From an uncultured cyanobacterium (GTDB taxonomy: Bacteria; Cyanobacteriota; Cyanobacteriia; Cyanobacteriales; Nostocaceae): a stretch of 64,000 nucleotides of DNA. The stretch lies in assembly GCA_963740315.1 (NCBI GenBank), contig CAVUDP010000004.1, positions 128,001-192,000 on the forward strand. The letters are read 5' to 3'. Below the pieces are notes generated by a model. The model was not told where the DNA came from. It made no database searches and saw nothing but the letters and a program-made list of their open reading frames with translations. Positions 46,628 to 55,152 of the stretch are shown here, in pieces (position 1 is the stretch's first letter; the number at the start of each line of letters is the position of its first letter). A program made the position numbers and the translations under genes.

Positions 46628-49600
46628 TTAATCAGAGCATTCGCGACTTAACAACAATTCCCCATTCTTCAACCGATATAATCCTTGGGGTTCAATAATG
46701 CGATCGCCTTTTTTCCAAACTTGATTTTCACTGTCAATATTCCTGACTTCACCAGTTATATATTCCGAAACTAAAACATTTCCGGGACGATTTGACGGTA
46801 AAGCACCACTACCTGTAATTTTAAAAGAGTTTTCTTGGCGTTTATTACCTCTTGCAATACAACTGTTAGCAATTATTGCGTCGGTGTCTATATTTGGGGA
46901 AAGTTCGGTGAAACTATTTTGAATTGAACTGGTGTCGTCTGCATTGATAATTGTTTCACCAGAAATAGCTTCTTCTGAACTTGCGGTAATATCGCTTTTT
47001 CCAGTTAGACTTTCTTGGCTTTCAATACCGAAAATACCGCTACTATTAATATTGACTTTACCACCATTGCCACTAAAAGCATTCGCGGTGATGTCGCTGT
47101 TTTCGTTTTGTGGTGCGACGATAAATTTAGAATTTATATTGATATTACCTCCATCTCCCCCAGCTTGAGCAGTTCCTGCCGTGGTGGTGATTTGGCTATT
47201 ATTACGCAATACTAGTTTTTCGCTTATTTGTAAGTTGATATCACCACCTTGGGTGGTGGCTGTTTGAGCGGCAATAAAACCGTTATTTAATTCCAGAGTT
47301 CCTGCTTGTAAACTAATATCTCCTGCATCTCCGCTTCCATCGCTACCTACAGATACACCAGCACCATTTTCTATAATTACTAATCGCGGATCGATAAATA
47401 TGCTGCCACCTTTTCCTGTTGATTCAGGAGCAGTACCGGCGAATAAACCAGTTGGAACTTGTTCGTTTCCAGAAAGAATAATTTTATCTTGAATATTAAG
47501 GTTGATATTACCAGCTTTACCACTATTAAAAGTACTTGAATTAATTTGTCCCCCGTTTATTGCTTCAAAAGTATTGGTGTTAAAGGTGATGTTTCCAGCA
47601 TTACCATCATTGAAGGTTGTTGCGTTTACAACTGCATTATCTGTAATACGAAAATTATCTGTAGTTACGGTTATATTACCCGCATCACCAGAAGCACCTA
47701 TTCCTGTTGAAGTGAATATTCCACTAGCGAAGCCTGTAGAACTAATACCTGAAAGGTTAACAGATTTGGAAGCGTTGATGTTAATTTCTCCTCCCTTTCC
47801 TTTACCACCGGGAAGATTGCCTTCTGCACGAAACACAGCAGCACCAATTTGGGAACCACCTGCTAATGTTAAATTTTGGGTATCAATATTAATAAAACCA
47901 CCTTTTCCTTCCCCTCCGCTACCAACATTGCTATTAATAAAACCAGAGTTTGATAAGAAAACTGAGTCATTAGCATTCAATTCAATATTACCTCCGTTTC
48001 CCTTTCCAGAAGTACTAGCATTAATTTGACTATCGTTAGTAATAAAAAGCGAACCTGTTGCAATTTTGATATTTCCACCATTACCAATAGCATTTGTATT
48101 CACCGAGGTAAAAGCTAAACTTCCCTCGTCAAAAGTAACGGTATCGCTAGCATTGATATTAATATTACCTGCATTCCCTTCCCCGCTTGTTATAGCATAT
48201 AAGATACCGCCGTTAGTTATAGAAAGTGACTTCGTTGTAATTTCAATCTCTCCACCTTTACCTTTACCGCTAGCTAGTTCGGTACGTAATCCAGTAAATT
48301 CACCATCTATCTTGATAGTATCGCTGGCATTAATTGCAATCTTACCAGCACTAAAGTTATCAGAGTTTTCTTCTCTTCTTAATGTGGAAACCATGCTGCT
48401 GCCATCTGTTAAAAAGAGCGAGCTAGTTTTCACTTCAATATTTCCTGCATTACCATTCTCTGCAAAAGTTAGGGCACCACTTTCTATACCATTAATAGCT
48501 ACACCTTCAAAAGTAATTGTGTCCCGAACATCCAGAAAAATATTACCTGAATTTCCTGCTCTACCATTGAAAGTTAGCAACGAACCACCATTTTTCAATA
48601 GCAAATCACCTGCCTTGATGCGGATATCACCACCATCTCCTACAGAATCAGAAACACCCGTACTGTTAGCACTTCCTAAGTCGCTAAAAGTAACTTTATC
48701 GCTAGCATTGATAGTAATATTCCCTGCATTTCCTTGCCCGCTCGTACCAGCAGATATTTGTGCAAAGTTGCTTACTGAAAGCGATTTTGTTGTTATTTGA
48801 ATATCTCCAGCTTTAGCCATGCCGCTCATCAGCGAATCACTTCTAATACCGCTGGATATAATTATTCCATCTAATAAATTATCACTTGATTCCGAAATAT
48901 TTGGATTTCTGAAAACACCATCTAATTTCACACTATCGCTAGCTTCAACAAATATATTACCAGCATTCCCTTCTCCCAAAGTGTTGGTAGATATATCACT
49001 TCCATTAGTTAAGCTAAGGTTTCCGGTTTTGATCCGGATATCTCCACCTTTACCCACTCCATCACTATATACGTTACTACTAATATTATCAAAAAGTCCA
49101 CTACTAAATACGTTACTACTAACACTACTAATATTATCAAAACTAACAGTATCGCGAGCATTTATATTTATATTCCCAGCGTTACCGATTCCAAAGATGT
49201 CATTACTTATTGCAGAACCTTCAGTTAGGGAAAGTGAATTAGCATTTATATTTATATTCCCAGCATTACCGATTCCAAAGGTGTCATTACTTATTGAAGA
49301 ATCTTCAGCAATCAAAAGTGAATTAGCATTGATGTTTATATCCCCGGCATTACCAAAACTATCAACATCATTAAAAATTGTGCTAGCATTTTTAACTTCA
49401 ATTAAACCAGTAGCATTAAGATTAATATCTCCAGCTTGTGCGTTAGGATTATCTGAGTTTTGAGCAATTCCAGCAAATATAAATGAGTTAGAAATTTCCA
49501 AATTGCGAGCATTAATTGTAAAATTTCCCCCACCCGCTCCAAAAACGCTAATTACGGATATATTTGCAAGAGAAATATCTCCTCTTTCCATATCTTCGGG

Positions 49601-50392
49601 AATATTCAAACTAAAAGTATCACCAGAAATCTTTAATCCAACAGTTCCCGGTGCGGCTAAAGAAGCTAATTCAATATTCCCCTCGTAAGCTCTTAATCTA
49701 CCTCCATCTAATTTAATTTCACCACCGACAAGCAATAAATTTTTACCATCGGGAACTCTTAATCCAGTTGTTTCATAATCATTTGGATTTATCCCTGCTG
49801 GTGCTTGAGATTTATTGATAATTCCCCCATTTGCTTGTACTTGATTGAAAAACAAAGCTGAAGGATTGACGATTAAATTACCTGGTATTTCGGGATTTGT
49901 AGCGCTGAAATTACCTTTATCACCAAACTGCAACCCCGAAGCAGTTGTTCCCACAAACGAACCTTGTAAATCTAAACTGGCATTTTCACCAAATACAATT
50001 CCGTTGGGATTAATCAAAAATAAATTCGCTGCACCATCAACACCTAAAGTACCGAAAATATTCGACGCATTCCCACCAGTTACCCGCGTCAATATATTTT
50101 TTACACCATCGGGGTTGATAAAATACACCGCTTGCCCATTGTTAATATTAAACTCGCTGAAACTGTGAAATAAATTAATATCTCGTCTTGCTCCACCATC
50201 AATTGTGTCTGCATTAATCCCGTTGATAATAACGTTGCGATTTAAACGAGAAGATTCTGCACCCATATTGTCAGGGGTGATATTACTTTGCTGTGCCAAG
50301 GTTGGATTTGTAATTAAAAATACACTTATGCAGCTAGTAATTCCTGTTAAACCTAACCGCAAACCCTTGTAAAACCTGCTTTTTATCCACAT
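46628..50392 (-). CDS. Filamentous haemagglutinin-family (TpsA-like) exoprotein
   Basis: Signal ending TLA-Q; TPS domain NLFHSFSEFNI, NILTRVTGG..S.I.G, NLFLINPNGIVFG; many G.(A/G)G.I.I beta-helix repeats; C-terminal C...SF.ITG.G.LP...IIEPQG; start set to ATG 50392. Confidence 0.93.
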   Translation of the reverse strand: MWIKSRFYKGLRLGLTGITSCISVFLITNPTLAQQSNITPDNMGAESSRLNRNVIINGINADTIDGGARRDINLFHSFSEFNINNGQAVYFINPDGVKNILTRVTGGNASNIFGTLGVDGAANLFLINPNGIVFGENASLDLQGSFVGTTASGLQFGDKGNFSATNPEIPGNLIVNPSALFFNQVQANGGIINKSQAPAGINPNDYETTGLRVPDGKNLLLVGGEIKLDGGRLRAYEGNIELASLAAPGTVGLKISGDTFSLNIPEDMERGDISLANISVISVFGAGGGNFTINARNLEISNSFIFAGIAQNSDNPNAQAGDINLNATGLIEVKNASTIFNDVDSFGNAGDININANSLLIAEDSSISNDTFGIGNAGNININANSLSLTEGSAISNDIFGIGNAGNININARDTVSFDNISSVSSNVFSSGLFDNISSNVYSDGVGKGGDIRIKTGNLSLTNGSDISTNTLGEGNAGNIFVEASDSVKLDGVFRNPNISESSDNLLDGIIISSGIRSDSLMSGMAKAGDIQITTKSLSVSNFAQISAGTSGQGNAGNITINASDKVTFSDLGSANSTGVSDSVGDGGDIRIKAGDLLLKNGGSLLTFNGRAGNSGNIFLDVRDTITFEGVAINGIESGALTFAENGNAGNIEVKTSSLFLTDGSSMVSTLRREENSDNFSAGKIAINASDTIKIDGEFTGLRTELASGKGKGGEIEITTKSLSITNGGILYAITSGEGNAGNININASDTVTFDEGSLAFTSVNTNAIGNGGNIKIATGSLFITNDSQINASTSGKGNGGNIELNANDSVFLSNSGFINSNVGSGGEGKGGFINIDTQNLTLAGGSQIGAAVFRAEGNLPGGKGKGGEININASKSVNLSGISSTGFASGIFTSTGIGASGDAGNITVTTDNFRITDNAVVNATTFNDGNAGNITFNTNTFEAINGGQINSSTFNSGKAGNINLNIQDKIILSGNEQVPTGLFAGTAPESTGKGGSIFIDPRLVIIENGAGVSVGSDGSGDAGDISLQAGTLELNNGFIAAQTATTQGGDINLQISEKLVLRNNSQITTTAGTAQAGGDGGNININSKFIVAPQNENSDITANAFSGNGGKVNINSSGIFGIESQESLTGKSDITASSEEAISGETIINADDTSSIQNSFTELSPNIDTDAIIANSCIARGNKRQENSFKITGSGALPSNRPGNVLVSEYITGEVRNIDSENQVWKKGDRIIEPQGLYRLKNGELLLSRECSD

Positions 50393-50667
50393 AGCTACGC
50401 TTATATACTGATTTAAATATATTTTATGATACTTAACATAACCTGATAAATAAATCAAATCTTACATAAGGTAACAATTGCAATACAGTTTTGTGCAATG
50501 GTGCGATCGCTCTTTTCCCAAAACTACACTCCAGTATGCATAAAAGTGTAATGCTTAATATTTCAAACCGATCTAAAGTTGAAATTATCAACAGCAAAAC
50601 TACTGAGTGCTAGTTCATCGCTTAGTTTGAGCTAATCTTTAAAAATTTAAAATATAGGATCGGAATT

Positions 50668-51495
50668 ATGGCTAACAATGGCTACGTTACTGGTGAAAAT
50701 CTTTCGGAATTTAAAGAAAACGTAAAAATAGAATTGAATCAAGGATACGACATCATCAGTACTGCATATGGCGGCGATGGTAGCTGGGTTGGATTATATC
50801 AAGACACACCGGGTATTACTGGTTTAGTCCCCGCAAGTAGTCCTGATGAACTTTCGCAAATCGCTCAACAAGGAATGAATCAAGGGTATAACTTAGTTGA
50901 TGTTGAATACGGTGATGATGGTGTTTGGTTTGGGACTTTTCACGAGGATTCTGGTGCTAACGCTATTAAATATACAACCAGCTTGACTGAACTTACACAA
51001 ACTGTTCAACAATCATGGGATAAAGGATTGGGATTAGTTGATGTTGAATACGGTGATGGTATCTGGTTTGGAACTTTTCAAGATGTACCTGGAATTAATG
51101 GTTATGCAACAGCTAGTAGTTTTAATGAACTCCAGCAAGATATTCAAAATATGTGGGATAAAGGACTTGATTTAGTCGATATTGAATACGGTGATGGTAT
51201 TTGGTTTGGGACGTTTCAACAAGATTCTAGTATTACAAGTGGTTACGTCGGCGGAAATACTTTTGATGAACTTGTAGGAACTTTTCAACAACAATTCGCA
51301 AATCAAGGATGGGAAGTAGTTGATGTTGAATACGGTGATGGTGGTTGGTTAGGAGTTATGGAAAAAGAAGTTCCACAAAATGCATTCGAGAATCCCGCAT
51401 TATATCCCCTCGCTACTGAACTTGGAATACAAGAAAATGTAGTTCTCCAAGGTACATTGGATTTTTACAACTCTGCCACCTATTGGGGGGATTGA
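50668..51495 (+). CDS. Acidic protein with five about-50-aa repeats (paralog B of 38700-39518)
   Basis: LVDVEYGDG.WFGTF repeats; shares DSSITSGYV.G.TFDEL with paralog A. Confidence 0.85.
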   Translation: MANNGYVTGENLSEFKENVKIELNQGYDIISTAYGGDGSWVGLYQDTPGITGLVPASSPDELSQIAQQGMNQGYNLVDVEYGDDGVWFGTFHEDSGANAIKYTTSLTELTQTVQQSWDKGLGLVDVEYGDGIWFGTFQDVPGINGYATASSFNELQQDIQNMWDKGLDLVDIEYGDGIWFGTFQQDSSITSGYVGGNTFDELVGTFQQQFANQGWEVVDVEYGDGGWLGVMEKEVPQNAFENPALYPLATELGIQENVVLQGTLDFYNSATYWGD

Positions 51496-51515
51496 GGGAT
51501 AAAAAGCTTGTAGTT

Positions 51516-51675
51516 TGTAGCTTGGGTTAGACATCAAAATCAATCTTGATTATTACAAATATCTTTACTTATGGTGTCGTAACCCAACACCACCGTTGTG
51601 AATATAAAGATGTTGGCTTACGACGCTATATAAATTCGGTAATTAAACCCCAAGTCATCGTCTAACCCAACCTAC
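51516..51675. repeat. GTAG-family REP cluster (GTAGxTTGGGTT...AACCCAACCTAC)
   Basis: Four arms in alternating orientation; relative at about 43413-43610. Confidence 0.7.
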
Positions 51676-51856
51676 GATTACTGACACTCGGATTTAGCGC
51701 TGAAGCGCTTACTACGAACCTTTAAATTGCGCGATCGCATTTCGTACATCGGTAAAAAACAGATGCTTTCACTACGAAAATTAATTAAACGAAGCAATTA
51801 AGTAACATCAATCAAGGTTGTTTTAAAATAAAAATAGAATTAAGGAAAAACAACTC

Positions 51857-52468
51857 TTGAATAATCTATTGTCGCAAAAGGAAAAGCTACAAAGTCTTTT
51901 GGAGAAAGTTCAATCTAACAATGATGATTCTCCCGTAACCAATTTAAAGCTAGATAAAACCTTAGTCGAGCAAATCGAGCAATTAACGACGGAATTAGAA
52001 GAAGTTAATCCCAATCCCCAACCGCTGCTTTACGCAACTTCTTTATTAAATGGAAATTGGTTATTACAATATTCTACAGCTAGAGAAATCCGTTCGCTGT
52101 CTTCTCTTCCATTGGGTTTAAAAATAGGTAAGGTTTATCAAGAAATTGATGTTGCAAATAAATCTTTTTTTAATCTAGCTTTTGTGAAACATCCTTTAGG
52201 TTTAGTGTCGGGAAGCGTTAAGGTAACGGCAACTTTTGAACCAGCGCCAGAAGAAACTAACAAGCGTATTAATGTAAACTTCGATAAACGCTACTTGTCA
52301 ATTGAGAAGATTTTCGGCATTCAAACCCCAAAGCTTAATCCCATCAAGGAAGCTGAAGCTAACAATCCTCAAGGTAGAGTTCCCACTCTTGATGTTACTT
52401 ACTTAGATGAAACCTTAAGAATTGGGCGTGGAGGAGATGGAAGTTTATTTATTTTGAAGCGCGTTTAA
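51857..52468 (+). CDS. PAP/fibrillin family protein
   Basis: LE..NP.P.PL, LLNGNW.L.YST, VYQ.ID, LDVTYLDETLRIGRG.DGSLFIL. Confidence 0.9.
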   Translation: MNNLLSQKEKLQSLLEKVQSNNDDSPVTNLKLDKTLVEQIEQLTTELEEVNPNPQPLLYATSLLNGNWLLQYSTAREIRSLSSLPLGLKIGKVYQEIDVANKSFFNLAFVKHPLGLVSGSVKVTATFEPAPEETNKRINVNFDKRYLSIEKIFGIQTPKLNPIKEAEANNPQGRVPTLDVTYLDETLRIGRGGDGSLFILKRV

Positions 52469-52470
52469 TT

Positions 52471-52908
52471 ATGACAAGACAACAATACCAACAAGTAATT
52501 TTATCTCACGCTAGAAAACCGCAAAATAAAGGTAAAACTAATATCGTACATCGTCAACATCAAGCAGAAAATCCTTATTGTGGGGATAAAGTTGACTTGA
52601 CGTTAATGTTAGATGAAACGCAAACAAAAATAGAAGATATCAAATTTGAAGGTGCGGGATGTGCTTTGTGTTTGGCTTCTACTGATTTAATGGCGGGTGC
52701 TGTTAAGGGTAAAGAGATATCAGCAGCGCTATTAATGGTAGAAGATTTTCGTAAAATGGTAGTGGGAGAAACTGAATTTAAACCTCCTTTAGAAAAACTC
52801 AATATTATGCAAAGCGTTTCTCAATTTCCCATGCGGGTTAAATGCGTCACTTTGGCTTGGCATACTTTGAAAGCAGCTTTAGCTTCGGAAGGAGTAGGAA
52901 AAAAATAA
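52471..52908 (+). CDS. sufU: SufU/IscU-like Fe-S assembly sulfur-transfer protein
   Basis: YQQVIL.H.RKP.NKG, NPYCGD, FEGAGCALCLAS, FP.RVKC.TLAWH. Confidence 0.88.
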   Translation: MTRQQYQQVILSHARKPQNKGKTNIVHRQHQAENPYCGDKVDLTLMLDETQTKIEDIKFEGAGCALCLASTDLMAGAVKGKEISAALLMVEDFRKMVVGETEFKPPLEKLNIMQSVSQFPMRVKCVTLAWHTLKAALASEGVGKK

Positions 52909-52910
52909 GT

Positions 52911-53501
52911 TTAAGAAGATAATAACTTTTGATAATCATCTGGCGTATCAATATCGATCGCTGCTTCGGGTATTGAAACAGTTAACATTTCATCTTGATA
53001 TTTACGCATCAAAGCTTTCGCACCTTTATCGCCTTCAAGGTTAATCAATTCTGAAAAAAGGCTATGTTTAAATAAAGCTGGAACACCTACAATATCATCA
53101 TAAGCAGAAGCAATAATTATATTTTGCGTTTCTTGATAGCTTTGAATTAATCGATCGAAAGCCGTTTCATTTATTAAAGGTTGGTCAGCAAGTGCGATAA
53201 TTACTGCATCTAAGTTAGGATTACTTTCTTTTATAGCAGCAATACCCGCACGAATTGAAGATGACATTCCCGTTTTCCAATGCGGATTTTCTACTATTTT
53301 GACGGGTAATTTATCTATTTCTGGTTTAATTTGTTCTGTATAAGCACCTAAAACTACTATTACGGGTTTACAAGTAGAATTCAAACCTATTTTTACAGCA
53401 TGAGATATCAAACTGCTTCCTTGATAAGTTAGCAGTTGTTTTGTTTTTCCCATGCGGCTGGCTTTCCCCGCAGCTAATATTATTAAACCTACGTTTTTCA
53501 T
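52911..53501 (-). CDS. mocA: Molybdenum cofactor cytidylyltransferase-like NTP transferase
   Basis: LAAGKASRMG..KQLL, NP.W..GMSSSI, LADQP, GVPALF, GDKGA, DIDTPDD; end of the xdh cluster. Confidence 0.85.
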   Translation of the reverse strand: MKNVGLIILAAGKASRMGKTKQLLTYQGSSLISHAVKIGLNSTCKPVIVVLGAYTEQIKPEIDKLPVKIVENPHWKTGMSSSIRAGIAAIKESNPNLDAVIIALADQPLINETAFDRLIQSYQETQNIIIASAYDDIVGVPALFKHSLFSELINLEGDKGAKALMRKYQDEMLTVSIPEAAIDIDTPDDYQKLLSS

Positions 53502-53540
53502 CAGTTATCAATTATCAATGAACAATGAACAGTTATCAAC

Positions 53541-53667
53541 AGGACTTACGCAACGGAGATTTGTCATTGCGACCGGAACGCAGTGTAGGGAAGCAATCGC
53601 AGAGTTGTTGCGATTACGTCGCTATCGCTCGTAATGACGTAATTACGTTGCTTTTGCGTAAGTCCTA
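53541..53667. mobile_element. MITE-like element (AGGACTTACGCA...TGCGTAAGTCCT) with nested GTCATTGCGA...TCGTAATGAC repeat
   Basis: 12-bp perfect terminal IRs. Confidence 0.7.
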
Positions 53668-53839
53668 ATCAATTACGCTATTAACAACTAGCAAATAAGA
53701 GGATGCTTGGGAAGCTATTAATATAACTTTAAATTCCGATCCCCCTAAATCCCCCTTATGAAAGGGGGACTTTAACTCCGATTCCTCCTTTTCCAAGGGA
53801 GGTTAGGGGGGATAATCCGAGAATTGCGCTCAAAACTAT

Positions 53840-54949
53840 CTATTCTTTCTTGGCATGAATTGGAGCATTACAATCTTTTAAAAATCCTCCTTGACGCTGA
53901 GATATAACCGCTTGAATTTCACCTACTATAGAAAGAGCTATTTCTTCAGCATTATCTGCACCAATATCTAATCCAACGGGACTGTAAATATTAGCATTTG
54001 CGGTAATTTCTTCTTCTTTTAATTCTTTTAATATGCGATTTGTTCTTTTTTTAGGACCTAATATTCCTAGATATTTTAAGTTAGAAGGTACAAGTAGTTT
54101 GAGCATTTCTAAATCATCTAAATAATTATGGCTCATAACTACAGCAACGGTACGCTCTGTAATTTCAATATTTCCTAAAACATCTTCGGGAGCAGAAAGC
54201 TGTATTTTATCTGCTTGTTCAAAACGCTTTTTACTAGCTTCTCTAGAGCGGTTATCGACTACAGTTACATCCCAACCAAGTTGTTTGGAAAAATTCATTA
54301 ACGGTATGACATCGTAACCAGCACCAAATACGATTAAAGATAAAGGCGGTTGAATTACTTCGATAAAAACTTCTATTTTAGCTGTTGCGATCGAATACTC
54401 TTTTAAAATCGAAGAATTATTTTGCAATGCTGCTTTAGTATCGCTTAAAACTTCCGTTAGTAAATCATCGTCTGTCAAATTATTAATAATAGTATCGTCA
54501 CCCAGTAATAAACGCTGCCCTACTTGGGTTTTAGCTTCACCTTCAACTATAATTACCGTAGCGATCGCACCATAAGTTCTACGATCCAAACACTTTTTAA
54601 TAAAATCTATTTCCTGTAATTTATTCTTTTGCAAAGACTCAATTAAAACATAAGCAATTCCCTGACAACCAAGCCCCAAACCCCAAATCATATCTTCTTC
54701 TGAGGTGGTATCGTATTTTATTAAACGAGGTTTTCCCTCTGCAATTACTGCTTGTGCTTTATCAAAAACATCACTTTCCAAACAACCCCCGCTAATCGCA
54801 CCAATAGTATTATTATTAGCACTCATTAGCATTCTCGCACCGGGGCTTCTGTAAGTTGAACCGCTGACTTTTACTAACGTTGCGATCGCTGTTTTATCAG
54901 TTTCTTTTAAATCTTCTATTGCTGAAATGATGTTTTTTAATTCTTTCAT
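53840..54949 (-). CDS. xdhC: XdhC/CoxI family Moco-insertion chaperone
   Basis: ATLVKVSGSTYRSPGARM, GAISGGCLE, GLGCQG, VFGAG, MSHNY..D, YLGILGP..R, PVGLDIGA. Confidence 0.93.
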   Translation of the reverse strand: MKELKNIISAIEDLKETDKTAIATLVKVSGSTYRSPGARMLMSANNNTIGAISGGCLESDVFDKAQAVIAEGKPRLIKYDTTSEEDMIWGLGLGCQGIAYVLIESLQKNKLQEIDFIKKCLDRRTYGAIATVIIVEGEAKTQVGQRLLLGDDTIINNLTDDDLLTEVLSDTKAALQNNSSILKEYSIATAKIEVFIEVIQPPLSLIVFGAGYDVIPLMNFSKQLGWDVTVVDNRSREASKKRFEQADKIQLSAPEDVLGNIEITERTVAVVMSHNYLDDLEMLKLLVPSNLKYLGILGPKKRTNRILKELKEEEITANANIYSPVGLDIGADNAEEIALSIVGEIQAVISQRQGGFLKDCNAPIHAKKE

Positions 54950-54960
54950 TATCTTTGTAT

Positions 54961-55152
54961 ATACTCATTATTTAAAGTTTGTAGTAAGGACTTTAGTCCT
55001 CGGTTTTGGAGCTAAAGCTCTTACTACGAACAAAAGACTTTCTTTAATTACATCACTTTATTGATACTCATTATTTAAAGTTTGTAGTAAGGACTTTAGT
55101 CCTCGGTTTTGGAGCTAAAGCTCTTACTACGAACAAAAAATTACATCACTTT
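54961..55152. repeat. Tandem duplication (about 100-bp period) containing a GTAGTAAG...CTTACTAC element
   Basis: About 75 identical nt at 54961 and 55064, each followed by TTACATCACTTT. Confidence 0.9.

Noticed and set aside
46932..50168. Series of long plus-strand ORFs
   Set aside because: Antisense shadows of the repetitive TpsA gene caused by codon bias.
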